The notes: generated from the letters alone by a model not told the origin. Positions 1-10,634 are shown, numbered from the stretch's first letter. The stretch is DNA of 64,000 nucleotides from an uncultured Peptostreptococcaceae bacterium (GCA_964484935.1 CAZAFW010000004.1:1911-65910); one strand, 5' to 3'. Made by a program: numbers and translations.

Positions 1-38
1 CCGGGTTTTGCCACTAACACTCTAATGGTTCTTTCCAT
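1..38 (-). CDS. Acyl-CoA mutase small (cobalamin-binding) subunit; only the first 12 codons are present because the gene runs off the window
   Basis: The reverse complement of 1..38 reads ATG GAA AGA ACC ATT AGA GTG TTA GTG GCA AAA CCC GG = MERTIRVLVAKPG. This is the typical start of the B12-binding domain (RVLVAKPGLDGHD type). GGAGG (plus-strand cctcc, 48..52) lies upstream. The start is 20 nt after the large-subunit stop. Confidence 0.6.
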   Translation of the reverse strand, partial: MERTIRVLVAKP

Positions 39-58
39 TTTAATCGTCCTCCCGTTTT

Positions 59-1759
59 CTATATTCGAACCGACTGTTGATATTCGCCGAAAACTTCTCT
101 CATTACTCCACAGATTTCTCCAAGCGTTGCATAAGACTTTACTGCTTCCAAAATGAAAGGCATTACATTGTCATCGCCTTCGCAGGCTTTTTTTAGAGCT
201 TTCAGATTGGCTTCAACCGCCTGACTGTCCCTCTCGGCTTTAAGCTCCTGCAGCTTTTTCTTTTGCCCCTCACCGACAGACATGTCGACTCTCAAAAGAT
301 CTTTTGGAGGCTCTTCTTCAACAGTGAATTTGTTGACTCCAACCACAACAGCTCTCTCTGTCTCTATGTCCTTTTGACATCTGTATGCGGCATCCATTAT
401 TTCCTGTTGTATATATCCGTTGTCAATTGCTTTCGGTGCTCCGCCAAGCTCATCTATTTTTTTGATGTATGCATAGGCCTGTTCCTCGATGTCCTTGGTC
501 TTGCTTTCAATAAAATATGAACCTGCAAGAGGATCGACTGTATTTGTCACGCCGCTTTCATGGGCAACTATCTGTTGGGTCCTAAGCGCTATCCTGACTG
601 AATCCTCGGTCGGAAGAGCAAGCGCCTCGTCTCTGGAATTGGTGTGCAGGGATTGTGTTCCTCCAAGAACCGCCGCCAGCGTCTGAATAGCAACTCGAAC
701 AATGTTGTTGTCCGGCTGCTGCGCAGTAAGTGTTGATCCTCCTGTTTGCGTATGGAACTTGAGCATCATTGATTTCGGATTCTTTGCATTGAACCTTTCC
801 TTCATTATTTTTGCCCAAAGCCTTCTTGCCGCTCTAAATTTGGATATTTCCTCAAGCAGATCGTTATGTGAATTGAAGAAAAATGAAAGTCTCGGGGCAA
901 ATGAATCAACATCCAGACCCGTGGCTATGGCAGCCTCGACATAGGCAATTCCATCGGCCAATGTGAATCCGACTTCCTGGGCCGCTGTCGATCCTGCCTC
1001 CCTTATATGGTATCCAGATATGCTTATGGTATTCCACTGAGGCACATTTTCCGAACAATATTCGAATATATTTGTTATAAGCCTCATTGAAGGCTCTGTG
1101 GGAAATATATATGTCCCTCTTGCAATATACTCCTTCAATATGTCATTCTGTATTGTTCCCCTCAGCTTTTCCATAGACACACCCTGCTTCTCGGCAACAG
1201 CTATGTACATAGCCAGCAGTACTGCCGCCGGGGCGTTTATTGTCATCGATGTGCTGACTTTGTCAAGAGGTATTCCTCCGAACAATATTTCCATGTCCTT
1301 GAGCGAATCTATCGCTACTCCGACTTTTCCGACTTCTCCTTCAGCGAGGGAATGGTCGGAGTCGTAGCCTATTTGGGTTGGAAGGTCGAATGCCACCGAA
1401 AGTCCGCTTCCTCCCTGAGCTAAAAGAAGTTTGTATCTCTCATTTGACGCTTCAGCTGTTGCAAATCCGGCATACATTCTCATTGTCCACAAACGGCCTC
1501 TGTACATCGTCGGTTGAACTCCCCTTGTGTACGGGTATTGTCCCGGAAAATTCAATTCTTCCATGTAGTCGATGTCTTCTACATCTACAGGAGAAAAAAC
1601 TCTTCCTACTTCATCCCCTGATGCAGACATGAAATTTTCTTTTCTCTCCGGGCGTTTCCTAATGGATTTTTGTGTCGATTCTTCGAACAATTCCGCCGCT
1701 TTTCTGATATCGTCAAGCTTATCCCTATCAAACATATTGTTCCTCCTTTGGACTTTCAA
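59..1759 (-). CDS. Methylmalonyl-CoA mutase-type acyl-CoA mutase, large catalytic subunit (split form without a fused B12 domain)
   Basis: 566-aa ORF with acyl-CoA mutase blocks [47 protein letters not shown] and SGYHIREAG. The Tyr in RMYAGF and the Arg in YIARGTY are the positions I associate with methylmalonyl-CoA specificity. Confidence 0.9.
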   Translation of the reverse strand: MKVQRRNNMFDRDKLDDIRKAAELFEESTQKSIRKRPERKENFMSASGDEVGRVFSPVDVEDIDYMEELNFPGQYPYTRGVQPTMYRGRLWTMRMYAGFATAEASNERYKLLLAQGGSGLSVAFDLPTQIGYDSDHSLAEGEVGKVGVAIDSLKDMEILFGGIPLDKVSTSMTINAPAAVLLAMYIAVAEKQGVSMEKLRGTIQNDILKEYIARGTYIFPTEPSMRLITNIFEYCSENVPQWNTISISGYHIREAGSTAAQEVGFTLADGIAYVEAAIATGLDVDSFAPRLSFFFNSHNDLLEEISKFRAARRLWAKIMKERFNAKNPKSMMLKFHTQTGGSTLTAQQPDNNIVRVAIQTLAAVLGGTQSLHTNSRDEALALPTEDSVRIALRTQQIVAHESGVTNTVDPLAGSYFIESKTKDIEEQAYAYIKKIDELGGAPKAIDNGYIQQEIMDAAYRCQKDIETERAVVVGVNKFTVEEEPPKDLLRVDMSVGEGQKKKLQELKAERDSQAVEANLKALKKACEGDDNVMPFILEAVKSYATLGEICGVMREVFGEYQQSVRI

Positions 1760-2183
1760 GCTATATATTTTGTTGCTGCAAAAACCTATGGGTATCGCCT
1801 ATAATATATCATAAATATAATTGTGTTTTTTCTCCTCAGATAAAAATATACTTGTATACATACTTATTTTGAAGGAAATTATTCAAATAGCGACACGTAT
1901 AATTTCACATTTGTATACGATTGCTCAAAAGCCTTGAAGTCCTTGCATCAACAGCAATTCTAAGTACGCTGGCATTATGTTTTGGCTTTCAAACCATTTT
2001 ACACAAGTATAACTTCTATATCGCTTACATGCAATAATCATCTCATCCTTTTTTTTTGCATGATTTGTTTCATTCTAAAGCTTTTACCGCAAAAATATAT
2101 AAAAATTTTTCAATATCCTTTTTTAAATAAGATTCCTCCGGTTGGCACTCAATTCATTTGTAGTGAAATTGCCGGATTTCTGC

Positions 2184-2226
2184 AAAAATAACAACCGGCA
2201 TATGAGCCTCAGCCCTAATGCCGGTT
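2184..2226 (-). terminator. Intrinsic terminator downstream of the thioesterase gene
   Basis: On the minus strand, AACCGGCAT (2226..2218) pairs with ATGCCGGTT (2201..2193) and is followed by GTTATTTTT. Confidence 0.65.
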
Positions 2227-2234
2227 TGAATTTT

Positions 2235-2636
2235 TTATTTTTTTGAAGCTTTTTCCCGAGTCATATTTAGGAATTTTTCCTTTTCTATTATGAACCTACT
2301 GTGTGTTCCTTCGCCTATCTTGTCTTTTTCATCGAAGGCCTCGACCTTGAAAACAAGCTTCTTCCTGTCTATTTCGATAAGCTCCGCAGTGGCAGTGACC
2401 TTCATTCCTACCGGTGTTGCCGCAAGATGCTTCACATCTAAATGCGTGCCTACCGTCGCGTACCCTTCGGGAAGAAAAGGATCCACAGCGTTAAGCGAAG
2501 TGTTTTCAATCAGTCCAATCATTGCCGGGGTAGCATACACACTTACCCCTCCGCTTCCGTAGCTTGCCGCAGTCTCTTTTTCATTTACAACTATTTCCAT
2601 TTTAGCATTCATTCCTATCTTAATATTGAAATGCAT
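2235..2636 (-). CDS. Hotdog-fold thioesterase family protein
   Basis: 133-aa ORF of typical size. Its sequence (YGSGGVSVYATPAMIGLIE...GTHLDVKHLAATPVG) resembles small acyl-CoA thioesterases. An AAGGAGG RBS lies upstream. Confidence 0.7.
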   Translation of the reverse strand: MHFNIKIGMNAKMEIVVNEKETAASYGSGGVSVYATPAMIGLIENTSLNAVDPFLPEGYATVGTHLDVKHLAATPVGMKVTATAELIEIDRKKLVFKVEAFDEKDKIGEGTHSRFIIEKEKFLNMTREKASKK

Positions 2637-2657
2637 GACAGCCTCCTTAAATATTCT

Positions 2658-2690
2658 TTAAAAACAACTCCGGCATAGAATACATGCCGG
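2658..2690 (-). terminator. Possible terminator or attenuating hairpin after ftsH
   Basis: On the minus strand, CCGGCAT (2690..2684) pairs with ATGCCGG (2676..2670) and is followed by AGTTGTTTTT. Confidence 0.45.
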
Positions 2691-2698
2691 AGACAAAT

Positions 2699-4795
2699 TT
2701 AATATTTTTCACCATCCGCTTCTTCGGCTTCCGGTATCGCTTCTTCATTCGAAGTTTCTTCATTCGAAGGTTCTTCTTTTGAAGGTTCTTCTTTTGAAGG
2801 TTCTTCTTTTGAAGGTTCTTCTTTAATCTTTTTCATGGCCTTCCTACTTGACTCGGGATTCCTGATTATTTCAGCAATTTTACCATTTTCGTTTTCTTCT
2901 CCAAACAATTCCTGAAACTCCCTGTTTCGTTCTTTTTCAATTTCCTTTGCCGCCTCTTCGGGATTGGCCATGAATGAATCATAGTCATTTCGGAAAATAT
3001 ACTCAAATTCCTCGGAATTAATGGTTTCCCTTTCAAGAAGCGCTTTTGCAATGTAGTGCAGCTTTTCAACATTCTCCTCCAGCAGCTTCATGGCCTGGTC
3101 ATATGATTCATCCATTATTCTTCGGATTTCCTTGTCTATCTCGTAAGCAACTTCCTCGGAATAGTTTTTCATTGTGGTCAAATCTCTGCCAAGGAACACT
3201 TCGTCCCCGTTTCCGTATGTCATTGTGCCAAGTTTTTCGCTCATTCCATAATGCGTAACCATTGCCCTTGAAATTTCAGTTGCGCGCTTGAGGTCATTCT
3301 GCGCGCCTGTGCTTATGTCATGCAGTATCAAGGCTTCCGCCACGCGTCCGCCAAGCAGTATTATCAGCCTTTTTTCCATTTCGGATTTTGTTGCATAGTA
3401 TTTGTCTTCTTTCGGCAGTTGCATCGTGAATCCGCCTGCCCGACCTCTTGGAATTATTGTAACCTGGTGGACAGTGTCCGTATCGGGCAAAAGCCTTGCC
3501 AAAACGGCATGTCCTCCTTCGTGATAAGCCGTGAGTCTTTTTTCCTTGTCGCTTATAACCCTGCTTCTTTTCTCCGGTCCAGCTATAACTTTGGTTATGG
3601 CTTCCTCTATTGTATCCATTTTTATTGTCTTGTTATTTACTCTTGCCGAAAGCAATGCTGCCTCGTTTAGGAGATTTTCCAAATCAGCCGGTGTGAATCC
3701 CGGTGTTCTTCTCGCAAGAACCTTCAAATTGACGTCCTCGTCAAGAGGCTTGTTCTTCGAGTGGATTTTGAGTATCGCCTCGCGACCCCTTATGTCGGGT
3801 ATTCCCACGCTTACCTGCCTGTCGAATCTTCCCGGTCTGAGAAGCGCCGGATCAAGGATGTCCGGTCTGTTGGTTGCGGCTATGATTATGATCCCCTCAT
3901 GGTCGCCAAATCCATCCATCTCAACGAGCAGCTGATTAAGGGTTTGTTCCCTCTCGTCATGCCCTCCACCAAGGCCTGCGCCTCTTTTTCTTCCCACAGC
4001 ATCTATTTCGTCTATGAAAACTATACATGGTGAACTCTTTTTGGCTTGCTCAAAAAGGTCTCTGACTCTTGAAGCTCCCACACCTACAAACATTTCAACA
4101 AAATCGGATCCACTTATGCTGAAAAAGGGCACTCCGGCTTCTCCTGCAACAGCTCTTGTCAAATATGTCTTTCCTGTTCCGGGAGGTCCAATCATCAATA
4201 CACCTTTGGGAATTCGCGCGCCCAATTCGACATATTTTCTTGGATTCCTTAAAAAGTCAACTATTTCCTTAAGCTCTTCTTTTTCTTCATCCAGGCCTGC
4301 AACATCGTCGAAGTCTATCTTTTTGCTTTCATCTTCCTTATGCAGTTTTGCCTTGCTTTTTCCGAAGGACATCACCTTTCCGCCCCCGCCTTGTGACTGG
4401 TTCATGAAAACAAACCAGAAAACAACAAAAATCAAAACCATGAAAACTGATGGAAGAATGTCTATAAACCATGGTGTCTGAACTGGAGGTTCCCCTGTCA
4501 ATTTTATCTGTCCGCTTTCCAATCCCGGAAGAATGTATCTTGCAACGAATGAATCCGTAGCAATCACTTTTGGAATATAGGCGGCAAAAGTCGAACCGTC
4601 GCTCTTAAGAACACCTATAATTTGATTTTCGTTAAAATTAATTTCCTGGACATTGTCATTTGTGAGTTCGCTTATAAGACCAGACATGTCCAAGGTCTTT
4701 TGCTCCTGAGGCGCTCTTCCGTAAAACTGGACAATCATTATTATTATGATGAATACTAGTATATAGAAGCTAGCACCTTTAAAATACTTTCTCAA
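2699..4795 (-). CDS. ftsH: ATP-dependent zinc metalloprotease FtsH
   Basis: 698 aa with an N-terminal TM segment, Walker A GPPGTGKT, an AAA second region of homology, and the zinc motif HEGGHA. The start is TTG, 6 nt after GGAGG. The C-terminus carries EEPSK repeats. Confidence 0.97.
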   Translation of the reverse strand: MRKYFKGASFYILVFIIIIMIVQFYGRAPQEQKTLDMSGLISELTNDNVQEINFNENQIIGVLKSDGSTFAAYIPKVIATDSFVARYILPGLESGQIKLTGEPPVQTPWFIDILPSVFMVLIFVVFWFVFMNQSQGGGGKVMSFGKSKAKLHKEDESKKIDFDDVAGLDEEKEELKEIVDFLRNPRKYVELGARIPKGVLMIGPPGTGKTYLTRAVAGEAGVPFFSISGSDFVEMFVGVGASRVRDLFEQAKKSSPCIVFIDEIDAVGRKRGAGLGGGHDEREQTLNQLLVEMDGFGDHEGIIIIAATNRPDILDPALLRPGRFDRQVSVGIPDIRGREAILKIHSKNKPLDEDVNLKVLARRTPGFTPADLENLLNEAALLSARVNNKTIKMDTIEEAITKVIAGPEKRSRVISDKEKRLTAYHEGGHAVLARLLPDTDTVHQVTIIPRGRAGGFTMQLPKEDKYYATKSEMEKRLIILLGGRVAEALILHDISTGAQNDLKRATEISRAMVTHYGMSEKLGTMTYGNGDEVFLGRDLTTMKNYSEEVAYEIDKEIRRIMDESYDQAMKLLEENVEKLHYIAKALLERETINSEEFEYIFRNDYDSFMANPEEAAKEIEKERNREFQELFGEENENGKIAEIIRNPESSRKAMKKIKEEPSKEEPSKEEPSKEEPSNEETSNEEAIPEAEEADGEKY
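2741..2815 (-). repeat. 15-bp tandem repeat (5 full units plus a partial one) encoding (E/T)EPS(K/N) pentapeptides in the FtsH C-terminal tail
   Basis: Plus-strand units are ttcttcattcgaagt, ttcttcattcgaagg, then ttcttcttttgaagg three times. The protein reads [28 protein letters not shown]. Confidence 0.95.
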
Positions 4796-4850
4796 AAGTA
4801 AACCTCCTTTCGCCTTCTTTAAAACTTGCGTCTTTTCATTCTAACACATT

Positions 4851-6263
4851 TCATTTTTCATAACAAGTTGGTAAAATCGTTATTTTAAGCACGTTTTCAG
4901 TGCTCGCATCCAACTTGTAAATATCGCTCATCCTGTGTCCCGCGACCCATGCAATTTCATCTCCATCACAAATGAGCAATACGGAATCCCTCTTTGTTTC
5001 TTCTATTTTCGAATCCATCATAAAGTCTTTTAATTTTTTAGTGCCATTCATTCCCAATGGGGAAAAACGGTCTCCATTCCGCCTGTTTCTGACTTTTAGA
5101 AATTTATTGGCTAACTTACCTTCGTCTATGAAAACCGTCCAAGTATTCGATCTTCCTTCAAAGCCTTCCGCGAACGGCATTTTTTCAATTTTTATCAAGT
5201 CTCCCGTCTCCTTCACATAGACGGGTTCACCCATTTCCAAAGCATATTCAAACTCGATCTTTTTAAAATCGGTTTTTCTTTTACAGACTGATATCTTTCC
5301 GCCGGCGATTGTGACATCGACAAAGCCCGGGAATTCAATCGTCTTTTTCCCTTTAGCCCTCTCTATTGAATGAAGTGCCGCAGAAACACGTTCTCCTGTC
5401 ACATCTGTAAGATTCCCTTTAACTTCTTCCACTGCCCGCCTCAAAATTCTGCTTCTCAATGCCTTGTGTATTCCATTGAAGTCATCGCGGCTTATAAAAA
5501 CCCCGCTTCCATCTCTGACTACTGCTATTTTTTCGAATTCCTTTTCAGCCGCATATTCAATGAAGTCGCTGTCTTCCCTGAGCATGTCTCCCATGCGGAA
5601 AAGGGCTTCGCTGATTTTTTCATTGAAATTGTTTTCGATGTATGGCAAAAGCTCAAGCCGTATTTTGTTCCTTGTGTAGACCGGCTCAAGGTTGGTCAAG
5701 TCGGTACGGGGATTCAAGCCGTTTTCTTTGCAGTAATTTTCGATTTCTTCGCGTTTGAAGATCAGTATCGGTCTTATGAAAATACCGTCTCTCATATGTT
5801 CTATGCCTGCAAGGCCTTTGAGTCCAGTCCCTCTCATTATGCGCATCAAAATGGTTTCGGCCTGGTCGTTCAAATTCTGCCCCAGGGCTATTCGCCCACA
5901 TCCAGTTTCCTTTGCAGCCGACTCGAATAGACCATATCTCACTTTGCGTCCCGCCTCTTCAAGCGACATTTTCCATTTTTCGGACATCCCCGAAATATCC
6001 ATTTCATATGTCATGCATTCCAGACCATTTTGCCTGCAGAACTCAGAAACAAAAAGAGCGTCTTTTTTAGAGTCTTCGCCCCGCAGCATGTGGTTGATGT
6101 GTACAGGGACAATCCTTAAGTCCCATTCATTCTTAAGCCTTAGGAAAAGGGAAAGCATGCAAATCGAATCCGGTCCGCCGGATATCCCCAATACAACTCC
6201 ATAGCCCTTTTCGAGCAATCCTTTTTCAATTATATTTTCCTTGAATCTATCATACATATCCAT
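4851..6263 (-). CDS. tilS: tRNA(Ile)-lysidine synthase
   Basis: 470 aa with the N-type ATP-PPase motif LGISGGPDS and the typical TilS C-terminal domain. It lies next to ftsH, as in other Firmicutes. It ends in TGA. Confidence 0.93.
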   Translation of the reverse strand: MDMYDRFKENIIEKGLLEKGYGVVLGISGGPDSICMLSLFLRLKNEWDLRIVPVHINHMLRGEDSKKDALFVSEFCRQNGLECMTYEMDISGMSEKWKMSLEEAGRKVRYGLFESAAKETGCGRIALGQNLNDQAETILMRIMRGTGLKGLAGIEHMRDGIFIRPILIFKREEIENYCKENGLNPRTDLTNLEPVYTRNKIRLELLPYIENNFNEKISEALFRMGDMLREDSDFIEYAAEKEFEKIAVVRDGSGVFISRDDFNGIHKALRSRILRRAVEEVKGNLTDVTGERVSAALHSIERAKGKKTIEFPGFVDVTIAGGKISVCKRKTDFKKIEFEYALEMGEPVYVKETGDLIKIEKMPFAEGFEGRSNTWTVFIDEGKLANKFLKVRNRRNGDRFSPLGMNGTKKLKDFMMDSKIEETKRDSVLLICDGDEIAWVAGHRMSDIYKLDASTENVLKITILPTCYEK

Positions 6264-6266
6264 TTG

Positions 6267-7616
6267 TCATTCTCCTGAAATATCGAGTTTCCCTATCAAA
6301 ATGCTAGGAGAACCCACATGTCCCGAACCGGGCATTATGAACTTGAGGTCGCTGCATATGCATTCAATGTCCATGAGCATATCGAAATAATTTCCCGCAA
6401 CAGTTATTTGATGGACCGCTTCCTCAATTTTGCCTCCACGAACTGCAAACCCCGAAGCAGAGAGCGAAAAATCGCCCGAAACAGAATTGAGTCCCGCATG
6501 TAGTCCTTGGACATCTGTAATATACATTCCCCCGCCCATATTCTCAACCGCTTCAGAGATTGAAAAGGTTCCCGGACTTATAAAGAAATTGGTCGGAGCT
6601 ATCGATACAGGCGATTTATAGGAACCTTTGAATGCATTTCCAGTTGAGGCAAGGCCTTCTTTTTTGCCTGTTTTTTTGTTGTGGAGGAAAGTCTTCAGTA
6701 TTCCATTTTCAATCACATTCTTCTTGAACGTGCATGTGCCTTCATCGTCAAAATTTCTCGAACCCGCCTTGTTTGGCAAAAGCGGATCGTCTATTATGGC
6801 AAGGTTCTCAGAACCCACTCTTTCACCTAGCCTTCCCTTGAGCAGAGAAAGATTGCGTTGAACATTTTCGGCCGAAAATGCCGAAGAAAAAGCCTGCAGC
6901 AAATCTGCCGAAACCTCGTTTGACAAAAGCGTCTTTCGGGAACCTGAAGCCATTGTTTTTGCTTCAAGCTGGTCAAGAGCCTTTCTTGCCGCCTCTTTCG
7001 CCAAAGCTTCGGCATCAAAATCCCCGAATTCATTCGACACGGTGTACGCGCTTCCTGTTTTTACTTTACCATCTTCCTTTGCCACAACTGAGATAAAAGC
7101 AAAGGCGATATTTTTTTCTTCTGAAAGGTCAAGTCCCTTTGAATTCATTATCATCCTGCCGCCCGAACTCTCTCCGTACAGGCAATAGTTGACAGCCTCT
7201 ATTCTTTCATCAATCGAGAACGCTTTCTTTTCCATGTCCAACGCAAATGCTATTTTTTCTTCTTCGGTGATTTTTTCAAGGTCAGTATTCTTCAGTTCCA
7301 TTTTGCCGCATTTTTCATTGTCGAAATGAATTTCTTCTTTTTCGGAAGCCTCCATTATGTCGGCATTTTCTTTTACGCCTGAAATCAATTCTTCCAGTCT
7401 TATGCCGTTGAGATTTTCCGTATAGATATAGCCCATCGAGTTCTCGCTTATTCCCCTTGCTGAAAGGCCCCTGTTTTCCTCCAAGGCAAAATGTTCCACC
7501 CTGGCGTCATATACTCTCACGTTGAACGATTTTGATTCTCCAACATAAATTTCGATTTCCTCGACTCCTTGTTTTTGCGCCAATTCAAAGAGGGCCTCAG
7601 TTTTGAATTTTTCCAT
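6267..7616 (-). CDS. pmbA: PmbA/TldE family metalloprotease subunit
   Basis: 449 aa. The C-terminal block GMYITDVQGLHAGLNSVSGDFSLSASGF is typical of PmbA. It is paired with tldD upstream. Confidence 0.85.
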   Translation of the reverse strand: MEKFKTEALFELAQKQGVEEIEIYVGESKSFNVRVYDARVEHFALEENRGLSARGISENSMGYIYTENLNGIRLEELISGVKENADIMEASEKEEIHFDNEKCGKMELKNTDLEKITEEEKIAFALDMEKKAFSIDERIEAVNYCLYGESSGGRMIMNSKGLDLSEEKNIAFAFISVVAKEDGKVKTGSAYTVSNEFGDFDAEALAKEAARKALDQLEAKTMASGSRKTLLSNEVSADLLQAFSSAFSAENVQRNLSLLKGRLGERVGSENLAIIDDPLLPNKAGSRNFDDEGTCTFKKNVIENGILKTFLHNKKTGKKEGLASTGNAFKGSYKSPVSIAPTNFFISPGTFSISEAVENMGGGMYITDVQGLHAGLNSVSGDFSLSASGFAVRGGKIEEAVHQITVAGNYFDMLMDIECICSDLKFIMPGSGHVGSPSILIGKLDISGE

Positions 7617-7619
7617 CTT

Positions 7620-9008
7620 CTACCGCTCCTTCCTGCCTCCTACTGTTATTGACTCGACACGCAAAGCCGGTTGCCCTACATTTACAGGTATGCTTCCGCT
7701 TACAGATCCACACATGCCTTGCCCAAATGACAAATTATCGGCAACCATATCTATTTTTTTTAAAATCGACAAGCCATTTCCTATAAGCGTTGCTCCCCTC
7801 ACAGGTTTCCCTATCTTGCCGTTTTCGATCAAATAACCTTCCATCACTGCAAAATTAAATTCACCGGTAGCCGGGTCAACCGACCCCCCGCCCATTTTTT
7901 TTGCGTAAAGCCCGTTTTCGGTGCTTGATATAAGATCCTCAAAACTGTTTTTTCCGGGAGCTATATATGTGTTGGTCATTCTCGATGTAGGCGGATATTT
8001 GTAGGATTGGCGCCTGCCAGATCCAGTTGGAGCCATTCCCATTTTCTTTCCGTTGAGCCTGTCGACCATGTAACCTTTCAATATGCCGTTTTCAATCAAA
8101 ATATTCTTGCGGGTTTTTAAGCCCTCGTCGTCAAATCCGGCAGAACCCCATTGGCCGGGGATGCTTCCATCATCGATTGCAGTCAAAACGCCGGAAGCAA
8201 TTTTTTCGCCCGTTTTCCCGGCGAAAACCGATGTGCCTTTGGCAACCGAAGTAGCCTCGAGTCCATGTCCGCAAGCTTCGTGGAAAATGACGCCTCCAAA
8301 ACCGTTTTCTATAACCACCTTCATTTTGCCGCTTGGAGCGAAGTCGGCATGAAGCATTGTTGCCGCCATTTCCGAAGCCTCCCTTGCGTATTTACCGAGG
8401 TCTATCGTTTCATAAAACTCAAATCCCATGGATGCTCCCGGGGCAAAGTGCCCGGTCTGCATTTCCCCTCCGGACTCGGCTACTGATTGTATGGAAGTCC
8501 TTGTCCTCACTCTTTCGTCCTCTACCCAAAGGCCCTCGGAGTTTGCAATCAAAACCTTTTGCACGATATCAAGATAATTTATTCTCACCTGGGTTATCTC
8601 GTCTGAAAAACCTGATGCGGATTCATGGGCTCTTTTCAGCAAAAGCACCTTTTCTTTTTTGCCTATGTCTCCGGGATATTTCAATATTTCGATTAGAGGA
8701 GTCCCGACATGTCTTCTGAAATCAAGCACCGTTGTTTTTTCTTTCCCCTCAAGAGCCAAAGCCGCCTTCTCCGCAACCATTTTAAGATGTTCGGCTGAAG
8801 TGTCGTTTGTGTACGCATAAACACTTTCTGTTCCCCTTATTATTCTGATGCCTACCCCGTAATCCTGACCTGAAACCGTGTTCTCCACAAGACCGCCTAC
8901 CAGCCCTATAGTTTGATTTCTTTTATTTTCAAAAAAAATTTCTGAAAAATCGGCTCCTTTCGACAAAGCCGCATCCAATGTTCCCCTTATAACGTTTGCT
9001 TTAAGCAT
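7620..9008 (-). CDS. tldD: TldD family metalloprotease subunit
   Basis: It contains the HEACGHGLEA metal motif. I place the start at the ATG at 9008 (MLKANVIRG...), preceded by GGAGGGAGG. The ORF-track start at 9059 has no RBS. Confidence 0.88.
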   Translation of the reverse strand: MLKANVIRGTLDAALSKGADFSEIFFENKRNQTIGLVGGLVENTVSGQDYGVGIRIIRGTESVYAYTNDTSAEHLKMVAEKAALALEGKEKTTVLDFRRHVGTPLIEILKYPGDIGKKEKVLLLKRAHESASGFSDEITQVRINYLDIVQKVLIANSEGLWVEDERVRTRTSIQSVAESGGEMQTGHFAPGASMGFEFYETIDLGKYAREASEMAATMLHADFAPSGKMKVVIENGFGGVIFHEACGHGLEATSVAKGTSVFAGKTGEKIASGVLTAIDDGSIPGQWGSAGFDDEGLKTRKNILIENGILKGYMVDRLNGKKMGMAPTGSGRRQSYKYPPTSRMTNTYIAPGKNSFEDLISSTENGLYAKKMGGGSVDPATGEFNFAVMEGYLIENGKIGKPVRGATLIGNGLSILKKIDMVADNLSFGQGMCGSVSGSIPVNVGQPALRVESITVGGRKER

Positions 9009-9100
9009 TTTGTTCCTCCCTCCTATAAATACTAAAAGCATGGTCAGAGCCATGCTCATAATGGGATTTTACCCCTGTCTTTATTTTACTCTCATATTCT

Positions 9101-10006
9101 TCACCTTGTCATTAAATAACCTTCTAGATTGTCATAGTCGCTTACGATTATGTCCTTGTAGCCGAAGATTTCCATAATCTCCTGCAATATTATGCTTCCG
9201 GCATATATTATATCGGCTCTTTCACTGTCAAGCCCTACTATTTTTTTTCGGCTGTCGAGCTTGGCTTTTCCAAACCCGCTTATCATTTCACGTATTTCTC
9301 CCAGCCCGATGCTTGCCAAATGAATCTTTTCCCGATTGTAATTTTCCATTTTAAGTTTTATTGCTCCCAAAGTTGTTATTGTTCCACCTATCCCCACAGC
9401 TATTCCTTTTTCAAATGGAAAAACGTCCGCAAGTCCGCTCTTTATAATGTTCCTGACGTGCCTTTCCAATTCACGCGATTCAACGGGGTCGACAGGATCT
9501 GATTTTATGAATTGCTCAGTCATCCTTACCGCACCAATGTCGAGGCTCTTCTTGTAAAAAATCTTTTCTTTGTTTCCCACTACAAATTCAGTGCTTCCGC
9601 CGCCTATGTCCACCATCATGATAATGCCTTTCGCGTCGAAGCTTGAAATAACGCCGAAATATCCCATTTCCGCCTCCTCGTCGCCCGACAGGATTTCAAC
9701 TTCAATCGGCAGAACAGATTGGATCTTTTGGACAATTTCATCCCTGTTTCCGGCATCCCTGACCGCGCTCGTGGCCAATGCCTTTATATCATGTGCTCCT
9801 TCATCCAATGCTATTTTAACAAATTCGTCCAAGGCATCCATGCATCTTTCAAGCGCATTTTCTCCAATCACTCTTGAATGGTCTACCATTTCGCCCAACC
9901 TGACCATACGCACATGCTTCTTGCCACTCACTATTTTTCCTTTTTCCATATCTGCAACAAGCATCCTTATTGAATTGGTTCCTATGTCTATTACCGCACG
10001 CTTCAT
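9101..10006 (-). CDS. Ppx/GppA family phosphatase (exopolyphosphatase-like)
   Basis: 301 aa with the ASKHA-fold motifs AVIDIGTNSIRMLV and DIGGGSTEF. Confidence 0.85.
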   Translation of the reverse strand: MKRAVIDIGTNSIRMLVADMEKGKIVSGKKHVRMVRLGEMVDHSRVIGENALERCMDALDEFVKIALDEGAHDIKALATSAVRDAGNRDEIVQKIQSVLPIEVEILSGDEEAEMGYFGVISSFDAKGIIMMVDIGGGSTEFVVGNKEKIFYKKSLDIGAVRMTEQFIKSDPVDPVESRELERHVRNIIKSGLADVFPFEKGIAVGIGGTITTLGAIKLKMENYNREKIHLASIGLGEIREMISGFGKAKLDSRKKIVGLDSERADIIYAGSIILQEIMEIFGYKDIIVSDYDNLEGYLMTR

Positions 10007-10031
10007 GACATCACTCCGTCTCTAGTCGTCA

Positions 10032-10364
10032 TCAGTCGTCTTCTTCGTCTTCTTCCTTGTTTTCCCTAAAACGATAAACAATGTCGTTTTCCTTGACCAA
10101 GTCCAGTTCCACTCTGGCAATCTCCTCGACATAAGCATCCGTACCCGCCTCTTCAATTTCCTTTTCGATTTCCGCCAATTCCTCTTCCTTTTCAGCAAGT
10201 TCGATCAAAACGCGGGCTTCCTCTGCTTTAAGTTGCCTGTACATCCTTTGTTGTTTTATAAGAACCGTTAAAAAATATGACCCCAAAACAAGAAGTATGG
10301 CAATTGCAATGAAATTTCTCTTTATGAAATTCCCTTTCCTTTTCCTTTTCCTTCCTGCAGCCAT
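10032..10364 (-). CDS. divIC: Septum formation initiator (FtsB/DivIC family)
   Basis: 110 aa with a single TM segment followed by a coiled coil (QQRMYRQLKAEEARVLIELAEKEEELAEIEKEIE). Its position matches the conserved yabO-divIC neighbourhood. Confidence 0.8.
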   Translation of the reverse strand: MAAGRKRKRKGNFIKRNFIAIAILLVLGSYFLTVLIKQQRMYRQLKAEEARVLIELAEKEEELAEIEKEIEEAGTDAYVEEIARVELDLVKENDIVYRFRENKEEDEEDD

Positions 10365-10391
10365 AGAAACACCTCTTATCCTTTGAATTCC

Positions 10392-10634
10392 TTATATTAT
10401 TTCCTCATACAAATCGGTGGCCTCTTCCTTCTTGACATGTTCCTTTATATCCTTGATTTTGAATCTCATCACACGATTTCCCATTTCAATTTCTACTATA
10501 TCCCCAATTGACACTTCCGCTCCGGGCTTTACTTCTTTTTCATTTATTTTAATTCGACCCTTCCCGCAAGCTTCCTTCGCTGCAGTCCTTCTCTTTATCA
10601 ATCTTGAAACCTTTAAAAATTTATCTATTCTCAA
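10392..10634 (-). CDS. yabO: S4-domain RNA-binding protein (YabO/Hsp15-like)
   Basis: It contains the S4 motif RIDKFLKVSRLIKRRTAAKEA. I place the start at the in-frame TTG at 10634, about 9 nt after GGAGGAG. The longer track ORF (to 10679) would run through the hup terminator hairpin. Confidence 0.8.
   Translation of the reverse strand: MRIDKFLKVSRLIKRRTAAKEACGKGRIKINEKEVKPGAEVSIGDIVEIEMGNRVMRFKIKDIKEHVKKEEATDLYEEII

Noticed and set aside
1760-2234. A cobalamin riboswitch ahead of the B12-dependent mutase genes
   Set aside because: I could not find the conserved B12-box (GCCACTG-like) or the flanking conserved helices on the minus strand. The region is simply AT-rich. A covariance-model search would be needed to be certain.
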